From Saprospiraceae bacterium (GTDB lineage Bacteria > Bacteroidota > Bacteroidia > Chitinophagales > Saprospiraceae): a stretch of DNA of 64,000 nt. Positions 17,201 through 26,697 of the stretch are shown piece by piece (within the stretch, counting starts at the first letter, position 1; each line of letters starts with the position of its first letter). The translations under genes and the position numbers were made by a program. The DNA lies in contig JABAQQ010000008.1 of assembly GCA_019187225.1 (NCBI GenBank), positions 16,601-80,600 on the forward strand, given 5' to 3'. The notes under the pieces are model-generated. The model made no database searches and was not told where the DNA came from. It saw only the letters and a program-made list of their open reading frames with translations.

Positions 17201-18258
17201 AACTTTCCTTCCAGGAATGCCATCACATCTTTTACCGTTTGTTCCGCGTTCTCTTCCTGCGGCCAATGACCGGTATTGCGGTAAATCCGCAAATAAGAGC
17301 CCCGGATATTGCGGTGAAAGTCGTAGGCAAATTCCGGCGACAGGCGTGCATCCTCCGCCCCCCACAAGATCAGGGTAGGGATGTTGATGCGTTCTATAAT
17401 GTCTACCGGAGGGCGGTTCTCGCTAACGGAAGCGCGGTCAATAAATGCCTGGCGGTTGCCGGAGCGAAGTAAAAGTTCGAAATGGCGCTGCACCAGTGAA
17501 TCGGTCACCAGCGCGTGGTCGGCGAACACTTCTTCCAGCATGATCTTCAAAAATGAGCGAGGGGTGATTTTGGTCATCACCTGATTGAGCACGGGAGTGC
17601 GGGCGATCCATATGATCCATGGCGTAGTTTTCGGCTCAAAGCCGGGTGCATCGAGCAGGATGAGTTTTTGGAGCCGTTCGGGATGATCTGCCGCGTAGAA
17701 CCACGCGATTTCTGCTCCAAGTCCGTTCCCCGCCAAATGGAACTTTTTCAGGTCCAGCCGGGCGACAAGGCTATCGAGAAAACCGGCGTACATAAAGGCA
17801 CTGTAACTGCCCCGCGGGTGCGGCCCCGTCAATCCGAATCCCGGAAGGTCTACGCTGATCACCTGATATTTATGCGACAACTGTTCCGTCCAGCCAGCCC
17901 AGGTATGCAATGAACTCTGGGCGTTGTGCAACAACAGAACCGGTTCTCCTTTTCCCGTGATGCGGCAATGTACGTCCATGCCATCCAACCTCAGAAAGCG
18001 GGAATCCGGGTAAGTGTATTGCTGTAACAGTTCCTGCGGACGGATATCTTCGTGCCAATTGCGATAAATCCAAATGAGGATGCTGAGGAGCACCGCCCCA
18101 CGCAACAAGCGGGAAATACTCAGATGGCCTACCCATTTCCGGGCGGTTTCGAGGCGATCGTCGTCGCCGCCGGAACGCTCGTCGCGATCCGTGTCGCTTT
18201 CGATTGGTTTTTGGTACCCGAAAGAATCGGGATCGCGTACATTTTCATCCATAGGCAT
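17197..18258 (-). CDS. alpha/beta-hydrolase fold protein with N-terminal membrane anchor; nucleophile position is Gly
   Basis: Typical fold landmarks VLLLHNAQSSLHTW, HLAGNGLGAEIA, WGAEDARL and NTGHWPQEE. The nucleophile elbow reads GNGLG instead of GxSxG. Confidence 0.7.
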   Translation of the reverse strand: MPMDENVRDPDSFGYQKPIESDTDRDERSGGDDDRLETARKWVGHLSISRLLRGAVLLSILIWIYRNWHEDIRPQELLQQYTYPDSRFLRLDGMDVHCRITGKGEPVLLLHNAQSSLHTWAGWTEQLSHKYQVISVDLPGFGLTGPHPRGSYSAFMYAGFLDSLVARLDLKKFHLAGNGLGAEIAWFYAADHPERLQKLILLDAPGFEPKTTPWIIWIARTPVLNQVMTKITPRSFLKIMLEEVFADHALVTDSLVQRHFELLLRSGNRQAFIDRASVSENRPPVDIIERINIPTLILWGAEDARLSPEFAYDFHRNIRGSYLRIYRNTGHWPQEENAEQTVKDVMAFLEGKF

Positions 18259-18308
18259 GGGGAGGATGCTTTTTTTCAGGAATCACGGTGTTAAGTACAT
18301 GGACAATA

Positions 18309-18418
18309 GATTTTTGACATTGGACATTTGACCAAATGATTGGTTGTCAGGGTCAAACGTCCAATATCCAATGTCCAATGTCGATTTATTTTGTCCGCTT
18401 ACTTATCTGTCATTTTCT
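18309..18418. repeat. dispersed ~100-nt intergenic element, copy 1 (second copy at 48246-48340)
   Basis: gatttttgacattggacatttgaccaaatgattggttgtcagggtcaaacgtccaa...tcgatttattttgtccgcttacttat aligns with the second copy at roughly 90 percent identity, apart from one 7-nt indel. Confidence 0.8.
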
Positions 18419-18931
18419 GCCCATATTTCGAACAATGGCGCCGATGCCTGCCGACAACAAAAAACCGCCCAGTGCGCCGATACCCATCTGTAAAAACACA
18501 GCACCCATGGTCAGAGTTGTCCCTTCTTTCTCCAAAACCTGAATTTGATCCCGCAATTGATTGGCGTGTTGAGGATCGCCGGGACCGGTGGCAAGTTGTT
18601 GTTTTAAATAATTCAGTTGAAGGGCATTTTCCATCTGAAGGAGTTCCGGATCGGCGAGATGCAACGTATACCAGAACAACCAGAACAGGAGATTGATCAA
18701 TAAGAACACGATGAACGGCGTGCGCAGGATTTCGCGAAAATCGCGCGCAACTCCCTTCTCCTCACAGTCTTCCCTCGCCGCCCGCCACATGAACAACAGG
18801 TAAATCGCCATACTTGCCCAGTAAAGCCAGGTATTGAGAAACAACTCTTTTTTGATAAAATACAGGATGGCGAAATAGAAAACGACCGTTGCGCCGCCCA
18901 ACAAGCCGTATTTGACAGCAGGGTTCTTCAT
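18410..18931 (-). CDS. DUF4199 family membrane protein
   Basis: The start MKNPAVKYGLLGGATVVFYFAILYF is typical of DUF4199. It has a 4-nt ATGA overlap with the upstream paralog. Confidence 0.7.
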   Translation of the reverse strand: MKNPAVKYGLLGGATVVFYFAILYFIKKELFLNTWLYWASMAIYLLFMWRAAREDCEEKGVARDFREILRTPFIVFLLINLLFWLFWYTLHLADPELLQMENALQLNYLKQQLATGPGDPQHANQLRDQIQVLEKEGTTLTMGAVFLQMGIGALGGFLLSAGIGAIVRNMGRK

Positions 18932-19497
18932 ACGTAAGTTTGTTCTCGTTTCATGATTAATCCCGCTACCAGACCAATGATCAAACCGAGCAGCGCGCCG
19001 CCCAATGTTTGCCAGACCGCCAGCATCACCGGATTGGTGAAAGCGGAAGACATACTCAGTGCCATTTCGATCTGTTCCTCGCTCATACCCTGCTCTTCCC
19101 ATTGAGCGATCATTAATTCTTTTAACTGCTCCCTGAAGCCGGGATTGATGACGGTCATGTAAAGCAGGGTGAACAGCGCCCCGATCGCACCCGCGATAAC
19201 ACCCGTGAGCGCGCCAATCCCGACACAACGCCCCAACCCGATGTAACCGCCCAATTGTTGGTCGCGGTCAATGCGAATGACGGTTGCAATCGCCCAGATG
19301 GCAACCCCGATCCCGATCAGGGTATACACCCATTGGATGGGGCCCGCATTGGGAATAGAACCGTCGGTGTTGGTCAGATAACCGACGAGGGAGGTAAGGA
19401 TGCTGACCCCGCCCCAAATGGCGCCATAGCGCAAGGCGAGAGGCCGGTAAGGAACATTGGCGGGATCAAAAGGAGGTTGGCGGTCGGGTGTGTTCAT
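18928..19497 (-). CDS. DUF4199 family membrane protein
   Basis: ALRYGAIWGGVSILTSLVGYL, four TM segments, paralog of its neighbours. Confidence 0.7.
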   Translation of the reverse strand: MNTPDRQPPFDPANVPYRPLALRYGAIWGGVSILTSLVGYLTNTDGSIPNAGPIQWVYTLIGIGVAIWAIATVIRIDRDQQLGGYIGLGRCVGIGALTGVIAGAIGALFTLLYMTVINPGFREQLKELMIAQWEEQGMSEEQIEMALSMSSAFTNPVMLAVWQTLGGALLGLIIGLVAGLIMKREQTYV

Positions 19498-19577
19498 GGT
19501 ATTTCCGTTTCGTGAAAGATGATTTGATTTTCAGCACGAAACTACACATTCATCGCGGATTGCAACCCGAATCTATA

Positions 19578-19625
19578 TTTTTTTAATAAAATGAGGCAGC
19601 CCCGGGATAAAGGAGACTGCCTCAT
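19578..19625 (-). terminator. rho-independent terminator after the third DUF4199 gene
   Basis: On the minus strand, ATGAGGCAG...CTGCCTCAT is followed by TTTATTAAAAAAA. Confidence 0.6.
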
Positions 19626-19661
19626 GGAATAAAAGTGAACTTCTATTCAAGCCTTCGCAAC

Positions 19662-20222
19662 TCAACGAATGGAAATCTCGGGCTGTTTTTTCATAAATGC
19701 AGCCGCGATCAATCCGATGATAAGTCCATAGATGGCGCCGCCGGTGAGGCCGTTCATGAGAATGGAACCCAGATCGCCCGCTTTGTCGAAACCTTCGAGC
19801 GCTTTTTCCAGTGCTTCCGGAGGCATTCGCTCTCCCCAGGACTCCACAAACCGCTCTTTGAGATTCGCCACATAATTGGGATCAATGAAGTTGATCAGCA
19901 CGTAATTCCACAGACCGGAGACAAACACGCCGATGAATACGGTCAGCAAACCGACCAGCAACGCTTTGCCGTAACTGATGTAGCCACCGTCGAGTTGGTC
20001 GCGCTGATGACGCATGGCCATCACTGCGAAGACAAAGCCTACCGCAAACAAGGTGATATAAAAAACGACCATTCCTCCAATTGACATCATGTTAAAGTTG
20101 ATCAGGTACATCAACAGGGACATGACCACGTAACCGCCGGTGCAATAGGCGCCATAACGCAGAATAGTATCCCAAATGGGAACATTGGGCAATTGTTGAC
20201 TGGGGCTGTCGAGTGTGCTCAT
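19662..20222 (-). CDS. DUF4199 family membrane protein
   Basis: ILRYGAYCTGGYVVMSLLMYLINF. The start is placed at MSTLDSPSQQ (ATG 20222). Confidence 0.7.
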   Translation of the reverse strand: MSTLDSPSQQLPNVPIWDTILRYGAYCTGGYVVMSLLMYLINFNMMSIGGMVVFYITLFAVGFVFAVMAMRHQRDQLDGGYISYGKALLVGLLTVFIGVFVSGLWNYVLINFIDPNYVANLKERFVESWGERMPPEALEKALEGFDKAGDLGSILMNGLTGGAIYGLIIGLIAAAFMKKQPEISIR

Positions 20223-20463
20223 ACTTTTTAGTTTGATGAAAAGATTGATTTTGATTTGCAGCACGAATCTAAGCCGCTTTCCCTTGCTTTTGTCTAATAG
20301 TTACGACTACTTTTCTGTTTTTTCCGACAAAAATCCACCGGGCAACGGCTTTTGCCGAACTTTGCTGAAGGAAAATGGTTTGAAGGGATGGCCAATGTAA
20401 GGCACCCGACCCTCGACCCGCAAACAATTATTTCGTATTCATTTTTCCGGTTTCGCAGTTTTC

Positions 20464-20524
20464 GTCCACCGTCAGGTACCGTCTACCTTCTACCATCCAC
20501 CGTCTACCATCCACCGTCTACCGT
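20464..20524. repeat. heptamer microsatellite (GTCCACC/GTCTACC), C-rich orientation
   Basis: gtccaccgtcaggtaccgtctaccttctaccatccaccgtctaccatccaccgtctaccgt ends 2 nt before the ATG at 20527. Confidence 0.9.
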
Positions 20525-20526
20525 AA

Positions 20527-22293
20527 ATGTCCGATTCTCAGAAATTCAATTATTCCTTGTTTCGCCGGGTCATGGCCATGGTGAAACCGTATAAAAAAAC
20601 GTTTTACCTCACTGCCGCACTGACCATCGTTCTGGCGCCTTTAGCTGTGTTGCGCCCCAAACTGGTGGAAACGATGGTAGATGATTACATCTTTGCGGGA
20701 GATGTAAAAGGCATGACCATTCTGGCCTGTATCATTGTCGGCATCCTGATCCTGGAAGTGGTATTGCGGTATTTCTTTCTCTTCTGGGCTGATTGGCTGG
20801 GACAGGTCACTATTCGCGATCTCCGGGTGCGGGTATTCAACCACGTCACCGGACTGAATCTCAACTACTTCGACAAAACGCCCATCGGTCAAAGCACTAC
20901 CCGCACCATCAACGACATCGAGGCCATCAATACGGTGTTTTCGGAAGGTAGCATCACCATTCTGGCCGATCTGATGACGCTGAGTGCTGTGTTGTTCATT
21001 ATGTTTTATACCTCCTGGAAACTAACCCTGGTAGTACTCGTGGTCTTCCCCCTGTTGATCTGGGGCAGTTATATGTTCAAGGAAAGTGTGCGAAAAAGTT
21101 ACGAAAAGGTGCGCAACCACATTGCCACGATGAACGCCTTTTTGCAGGAACGCATCAGCGGTATGCGTATCGTGCAGATATTCAATGCAGAAGCCCGCGA
21201 AGCGGAGAAATTCCGCCAGATCAATCACGACTACACTTCCGCCAACCTGAGAGCCATTTTTGCCTACGCCGTTTTTTTTCCGGTGGTGGATATCATCTCC
21301 GCACTTTCGCTCGGCCTGATGGTATGGTACGGCGCACGGGGCGTCTTGTCCGAAGAAGTGACCATCGGTATGCTGGTGGCCTTCCCGCTTTATATTACGA
21401 TGCTCTACCGCCCGATCAGGATGTTGGCGGACAAGTTCAATACGTTGCAAATGGGACTGATCGCAGCCGAGCGCGTTTTCAAATTGTTGGAAAACAAGGA
21501 CAAAGTACAAAACACAGGTACACTTGCACCGGAGCGGCTGCGCGGAGACGTCGAGTTCGACGACGTATATTTTTCTTACAGCGACGACCTGGCTGGCGAT
21601 GCCATCCTGAAAGGCGTATCATTTGAAATAAAATCCGGCGATACGCTGGCGATCGTGGGCAGCACAGGCAGCGGCAAAACGACCATCATCAGCCTGCTCA
21701 ACCGGTTCTACGAGATCCAGAAAGGACAGATCCGAATAGACGGACAAGATCTGCGGGAATACGACGTGTTTGCATTGCGCCGGCGCATCGCCGTCGTGTT
21801 GCAGGATGTGTTTTTATTCTCCGGCACCGTTCTGGAAAACATTACCCTCCGCGATCCGGACATTTCGGAGGAACAGGTGATCGCGGCGGCAAAAATGATC
21901 GGCGCACACCAGTTCATTCAGAAATTGCCGGGCGGCTATCATTACCAGGTGATGGAACGCGGCGCCACCCTCTCTATGGGACAGCGCCAGTTGATCTCTT
22001 TCGTCCGCGCACTCGTCTTCAATCCCGACATTCTGATCCTCGACGAGGCCACCTCTTCTATTGACCCCGAAACGGAAAGCGTGATCCAGCATGCCATCGA
22101 AACGCTCATCGCCAAACGCACGAGCATCATTATCGCGCACCGCCTTTCGACGATCCGCCATGCCACGAACATCCTGGTATTGGAAAAAGGCGAGGTCAAG
22201 GAATTCGGCTCGCACGATGTTTTGGTCGAACTGGAAGAAGGAAAATACCGGGAATTGTACGAAAAGCAGTTTTTGCAGGTGAGCGAGGCGTAA
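20527..22293 (+). CDS. ABC transporter permease/ATP-binding fusion (MsbA/type I exporter-like)
   Basis: Six-TM N-terminal half, Walker A GSTGSGKTT, signature LSMGQRQ, Walker B ILILDEAT. Confidence 0.9.
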   Translation: MSDSQKFNYSLFRRVMAMVKPYKKTFYLTAALTIVLAPLAVLRPKLVETMVDDYIFAGDVKGMTILACIIVGILILEVVLRYFFLFWADWLGQVTIRDLRVRVFNHVTGLNLNYFDKTPIGQSTTRTINDIEAINTVFSEGSITILADLMTLSAVLFIMFYTSWKLTLVVLVVFPLLIWGSYMFKESVRKSYEKVRNHIATMNAFLQERISGMRIVQIFNAEAREAEKFRQINHDYTSANLRAIFAYAVFFPVVDIISALSLGLMVWYGARGVLSEEVTIGMLVAFPLYITMLYRPIRMLADKFNTLQMGLIAAERVFKLLENKDKVQNTGTLAPERLRGDVEFDDVYFSYSDDLAGDAILKGVSFEIKSGDTLAIVGSTGSGKTTIISLLNRFYEIQKGQIRIDGQDLREYDVFALRRRIAVVLQDVFLFSGTVLENITLRDPDISEEQVIAAAKMIGAHQFIQKLPGGYHYQVMERGATLSMGQRQLISFVRALVFNPDILILDEATSSIDPETESVIQHAIETLIAKRTSIIIAHRLSTIRHATNILVLEKGEVKEFGSHDVLVELEEGKYRELYEKQFLQVSEA

Positions 22294-22378
22294 GGTTCGC
22301 CATTGGGGTCATTATTAGACATTGGGGCATTCCCAAATAATGACTTGAATTGCTGTAATTACCAACAACTCCCCCTTT

Positions 22379-22903
22379 TCACTCCTTCGCCTTTTTGTAC
22401 ACCGGTACCGTCGAACACGGCTCGCCGAACATAATGCTCAGTGCCACCGGTTGTAAGCGGCGCGTGATCTCGAGGTAAGCGGAGGGTGGTACGGGTTTGT
22501 CGCTGCAGCCCTTGATGACGAGCCGTTTGCCTGCGTAATCGCTGATGTCCAGCGCCGCAAGTTTTTTCAGGAAAGCCGTTTCGATAAAATTCTCGGGCGA
22601 GGTTTGGGCGATATCGCTGACGTGAGGCGCGGCATAGGTAGCCACAAGCATATAGGCCCACATGGGAATAATGGCATCGGCGGAGCAAAACACGGCGAGG
22701 TTTTTCCCCTGGTATTGCGACCAGTCGTGGTTTTTGAGGGCTTCGCGGAAGTCTTTTTCTTTCAGGATAAGGCCCATGAACAGGTAATCCTTCAGATCGA
22801 AGGGGACGATCGCACCTGCCGGATACAACTCTTCCAGGTCGATGGTGACGAGGCCGCTTTGGGCGACCCGGTTGACGAGCGGTTGTTCGAGTATGGATTC
22901 CAC
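22379..22903 (-). CDS. DUF2480 family protein
   Basis: LVNRVAQSGLVTIDLEELYP and the rest of a 174-aa DUF2480-like body. GTG start. Confidence 0.65.
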   Translation of the reverse strand: MESILEQPLVNRVAQSGLVTIDLEELYPAGAIVPFDLKDYLFMGLILKEKDFREALKNHDWSQYQGKNLAVFCSADAIIPMWAYMLVATYAAPHVSDIAQTSPENFIETAFLKKLAALDISDYAGKRLVIKGCSDKPVPPSAYLEITRRLQPVALSIMFGEPCSTVPVYKKAKE

Positions 22904-22932
22904 GAATGATGAATGATGAATGATGAATGATG
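22904..22932. repeat. heptamer microsatellite (GAATGAT) x4
   Basis: gaatgatgaatgatgaatgatgaatgatg lies between the scpB stop and the DUF2480 start. Confidence 0.9.
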
Positions 22933-22966
22933 TTATTCGTCACAAATAAAATTATTCCCGGTGACT

Positions 22967-23542
22967 TCAATTGCCTCCAATTACTTCTTCCGCCGGCGGC
23001 GCTTCCCCTATCATATTTTCCACCTCTTTAAAGTCTTTCGGCTTCGGCAGATCGTTCAGACTGTTGATGCCTAAGTAGTCCATAAACTTTTCGGAAGTGG
23101 CGTAGAGTAGCGGCCGCCCGGGACCCTCGCTGCGGCCGGCAATTGTAACAAGTTCTTTTTCCAAAAGTTTCTGGAGGGCATAATCGCAGTTGACGCCTCG
23201 GATCTCTTCGAGTTCGGACTTGGTCACCGGCTGTTTGTAGGCGATCAGCGCCAGCGTCTCCATCGCCGCCTGCGAGAGACGTTTTTTGGTGGTTTGTTTG
23301 AGGTGAATGGCAATGGTGTTGTGGTAAGCGCCTTTGGTAAGAAATTGCCAACCACCTGCGATTTCTACCAATTCGAAAGCGAAATCTTCCTGCTGAAACC
23401 GGACCTGGATCTCCGCGATGGCTGTCGTTATATCCGCGTCGGCCACTTCCGCCTGCAGGGCTTCTTCCAAAACCGACTTGATGTCCCCCGTTGAAATAGC
23501 TTGTGGCGAGGCAAAAATGAGGGCTTCAATGTGCTGCTTCAT
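22967..23542 (-). CDS. scpB: SMC-Scp complex subunit ScpB
   Basis: HIEALIFASPQAIS, ETLALIAYKQPVTKSELEEIRGV, GRSEGPGRPLLYATS. Confidence 0.9.
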   Translation of the reverse strand: MKQHIEALIFASPQAISTGDIKSVLEEALQAEVADADITTAIAEIQVRFQQEDFAFELVEIAGGWQFLTKGAYHNTIAIHLKQTTKKRLSQAAMETLALIAYKQPVTKSELEEIRGVNCDYALQKLLEKELVTIAGRSEGPGRPLLYATSEKFMDYLGINSLNDLPKPKDFKEVENMIGEAPPAEEVIGGN

Positions 23543-23557
23543 AGGGCAAAGGTAAAA

Positions 23558-23620
23558 TGGGGATTTGGGATTTGGGATTGGGGATTTGGGATTGCGGATT
23601 GCGGATTTGGGATTGCGGAT
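23558..23620. repeat. heptamer microsatellite (GGATTTG/GGATTGG/GGATTGC) x9
   Basis: It lies in the spacer between the scpB start (23542) and the DUF4382 stop (23621) and fills all of it except the first 15 nt. Confidence 0.95.
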
Positions 23621-24130
23621 TTACTTCACTTTGATCACCGGCTTCAGAATATAGGCGCCGTTACCGGTTTCGACGATGGACTGCTCCGCGTCGAAGTCAA
23701 AAATGAGTGTGTTGATATCGAGGTTGAGGTTCTTGTCCACCTTGATCTTCAGGCCGGACTGTTGGGCGCTGGGCGTCGTGAGCGGGTACAACACGCTGTC
23801 TATCATGACGGTATTGCTGTCGCCGAGGACGAAGCGAACTTCCTTGAGCGCAACAGGCGCATTCAATGTGTCGGTAGCAACCAGGGTGTCTACTCCGTTT
23901 TGCAGTTGGAGCAGGTCATAAATGCCGGCAGCAGTGTTCAACGTAATCCATTGGGAGGTGTCATCGGAAGTTTTGATGCGGACTTCCCTGATGTCCACGT
24001 TCACCTGCTGGTAGTCACCGGGACCGTCGGTGAGTCGGATGTTGAGTGCGACGGCCTCTTTATCGTCCTTGTTGCAGGCAAAGAAAGCGATTAAACCGAG
24101 TGCGCATGTGATTAACAGTGTTTTTTTCAT
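23621..24130 (-). CDS. DUF4382 domain lipoprotein
   Basis: MKKTLLITCALGLIAFFACNKDD (lipobox), followed by LNIRLTDGPGDYQQVNVDIREVRIK. Confidence 0.55.
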   Translation of the reverse strand: MKKTLLITCALGLIAFFACNKDDKEAVALNIRLTDGPGDYQQVNVDIREVRIKTSDDTSQWITLNTAAGIYDLLQLQNGVDTLVATDTLNAPVALKEVRFVLGDSNTVMIDSVLYPLTTPSAQQSGLKIKVDKNLNLDINTLIFDFDAEQSIVETGNGAYILKPVIKVK

Positions 24131-24365
24131 GTTTGAAAACAGCATTTTTGTTAAAAAATCGGATAAAGGAACCGGATTAAAAAAGATGTTCAGGCGCCTG
24201 GAAAATTGCCCCAAAAACGGCCATAGCCCGGGTTTATTTTCACAAAAACAAAAATTGGCTGCCCCGCATGAGATGGAAGCAGCCGTTTCTGACTGATCGT
24301 TCGGCAATAGATATTTGCGATGGAAAGAGTTATGGTTTGCAAAAAAACACCAAGCGGCGTGAAAA

Positions 24366-26540
24366 TTATTTTGCCTCTAATTTTCCGGCGCCAATCCTTT
24401 TTCCCGCCGATTCGATCAAAAAGTAATATAGCCCGGGTAGCAACGCTTGACGTTGAATGACAAACTGTTCGCCAGCAAACTCCGCTCTGCGCACCTCCCT
24501 TCCCAAGGCATCGAACAGGCGAAGGGAAAAAATTTGGCCAAGCGTGACGAAGCCGTTCACTTCAAAAGTGATATATTGTTCGAAGGGGTTCGGGTAAGCA
24601 TGTACAGAACTGGAAGAAACATGAGGCTGGGGCAGGGAGACGTTTGTCGTGGGATCAGTGCTTCTATGTATAACATCTCCAAAAATCGAAAAGTAAAGAT
24701 AATCATCCGGAGCGATGTACAAATCGTAAACCTGGGTCGAAAATTTATTCAACACTGCTTTTTCCTGCCAAGTTACGCCATTGTCCTTGCTCACATAAAG
24801 CGTCGTATTGGGGTATGTATTGGAAAGAACGAAAATCTCTCCCAGACTATTTGATGTTATGTAACGCACGGATTTGTTGTTAAAAAAACCGACAGTATCA
24901 AGCACATTGGTATTTTCATTCCACCTTACCATACTCATCGGATCTTGATAGGCAGGTCCTTTAGCCCACATAAAAAGCAAACCGGAAGGCTGGTGATAAT
25001 GGAAATCAGCAATTAAACCAAATCCGTTGAAATTGATCTGAACAGTTGAATCTATATCGGCCCGATAACGAAACAGGTCATAATTGCCCAAATAAATGTC
25101 ATCATTGGACAGGAATTCTGCCGTGCTGCCGATGTAGCTGAACTTCAGATTCACCTGCTGCCATGACTGCCCCTTATCGGTTGACTTAAAAGATGTTGCG
25201 TCAGGGTTCAGCATATAAAATATTTCAGAGGGGCTTGCCAGCAACCTGCTTTGCGATGTCATTCCGGGCGGTGCAGACGCGTTTGTCCAATTTGCACCAT
25301 TGTTGTCGGTGTAAAAAACATTCCCCATCTCCGAAATAGCCATGCCAACCGGGCTGTTTTCGATAAATACAAGTTGTTTCGCAAGCGATGATGGCAATAC
25401 ATCCGGCAGCACCATGTCTTCCCAGGTTTCGCCGTCGTCTGGGCTTTTTTCCCATGCGCTGTTTCGACAGGTATACGCATACAGATTTGCGTCCGCATCT
25501 TTTTGAATGTCGTAAACAGTAGGGTGTTTTAGCGAAACGGAAATATCCAACCACGTCGCGCCATTGTCCGAAGAGAGCAATAGTTTTTCACGACCGCAAT
25601 CATGCTGCGACGTATAATACCTGCCATCAGGTGCGATCAGAAACTTCTCGAAAGTCGTTTCACCAATATTTGTTTTCGCCCAGGTCAAGCCATCGTCTTC
25701 GGATTTGTAAAGTCCATTTCGAATTGAGCCCGATTTTTCAAATTTCAACTTTCCAAATATGAGCGGGTTGCCATCTGCGTCATCTGACGTCACAGGCGAC
25801 CATGTCAAGCCGCCGTCAATAGAACGCAACAGCGTGTCGAATCTGGAATAAAACGCTGTGCCTGAATAGGGGCTGTACCCTATAAAACTTACAGAATTCA
25901 AACTGTCCTGCAAAAGAACGGTCTCCCCTGCCGCATTGAAATGATAGAGATTATATTTCGTGCTCCCTGTTCCGTAAGAAGTGACGAACAGTCCGTGATC
26001 GTCCGAATAAGGTGCCAATTGAGAGACTACACCATTGGCAACCGTATAATAATTGAAAACAGGTTGAAATGTATTGGCATCGTCGGTTGAAATATACATT
26101 TTATAGCTGTTGCTTGCCCACAAACGCCCTTGATTATCTATACCCAAATTGCCGAAGCTAAAGTCAGGATACACCCAGGTATTGGAGGATGGGTCAAATT
26201 GCATCAATTTAAAGTGAGTCTTGGCAAATACCTTACCCGAAGGCAAACTCCAAAAGTTTCGGATATGAGCAATATCTTCAGGATCGGTCCATCCTGTAGA
26301 AACGTCCGTCCAAGTATCCCCGCCATCGGTGGAGCGGTAAATCTGACGCATCCGGCGCAAATAAACAGCCCCCGAAGAGTCGGCTTCAAGCATGGAAACG
26401 TTGCCGACACCCCGCGGGCCATTTAACGGAGTTAAGAAATCCTGAGCATTTGATGTGGTTGCAGCGAAAAACAGACAGAAGGCGAGGAGCATTTGGTAAT
26501 AAGGTATCATAGCGGAAAAGAGTATTGGGTTAAAAAGCAA
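24366..26540 (-). CDS. BNR/Asp-box repeat (sortilin/VPS10-like propeller) protein with T9SS C-terminal domain
   Basis: Eight SxDxGxTW-type motifs: STDGGDTW, SIDGGLTW, SEDDGLTW, SSDNGATW, SPDDGETW, TDNNGANW, STDKGQSW, SKDNGVTW. C terminus AYPNPFEQYITF...GLYYFLIE. The start may be an internal Met. Confidence 0.75.
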   Translation of the reverse strand: MLFNPILFSAMIPYYQMLLAFCLFFAATTSNAQDFLTPLNGPRGVGNVSMLEADSSGAVYLRRMRQIYRSTDGGDTWTDVSTGWTDPEDIAHIRNFWSLPSGKVFAKTHFKLMQFDPSSNTWVYPDFSFGNLGIDNQGRLWASNSYKMYISTDDANTFQPVFNYYTVANGVVSQLAPYSDDHGLFVTSYGTGSTKYNLYHFNAAGETVLLQDSLNSVSFIGYSPYSGTAFYSRFDTLLRSIDGGLTWSPVTSDDADGNPLIFGKLKFEKSGSIRNGLYKSEDDGLTWAKTNIGETTFEKFLIAPDGRYYTSQHDCGREKLLLSSDNGATWLDISVSLKHPTVYDIQKDADANLYAYTCRNSAWEKSPDDGETWEDMVLPDVLPSSLAKQLVFIENSPVGMAISEMGNVFYTDNNGANWTNASAPPGMTSQSRLLASPSEIFYMLNPDATSFKSTDKGQSWQQVNLKFSYIGSTAEFLSNDDIYLGNYDLFRYRADIDSTVQINFNGFGLIADFHYHQPSGLLFMWAKGPAYQDPMSMVRWNENTNVLDTVGFFNNKSVRYITSNSLGEIFVLSNTYPNTTLYVSKDNGVTWQEKAVLNKFSTQVYDLYIAPDDYLYFSIFGDVIHRSTDPTTNVSLPQPHVSSSSVHAYPNPFEQYITFEVNGFVTLGQIFSLRLFDALGREVRRAEFAGEQFVIQRQALLPGLYYFLIESAGKRIGAGKLEAK

Positions 26541-26612
26541 TAAAAATAGCCCTTCCTCTTTGTTGGCAAATTTAAAGTCGGCGAAATGTCGGCGGTCAGT
26601 CAGAATTGTCGC

Positions 26613-26649
26613 AAAAAACGGTTGCCCCCGCGCCTGGCGAGAGCAACCG
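26613..26649 (-). terminator. rho-independent terminator after the M23 peptidase gene
   Basis: On the minus strand, CGGTTGC, a loop, GCAACCG, then TTTTTT. Confidence 0.6.
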
Positions 26650-26697
26650 TCCGAATAATTCCTGCTCTGAATTTTATACGCCGAAACTCATCCCGCT

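Noticed and set aside
22308-22344. Hairpin gtcattatt...aataatgac between the convergent ABC and DUF2480 genes, considered as an intrinsic terminator.
   Set aside because: The stem is short and AT-rich with no U-tract on either strand. Evidence is too weak to list it as a feature.
22359-22970. 203-aa ORF overlapping the DUF2480 gene on the same strand.
   Set aside because: It is in a different frame from a recognisable protein. The translation is extremely Arg/Pro-rich with a low-complexity character.
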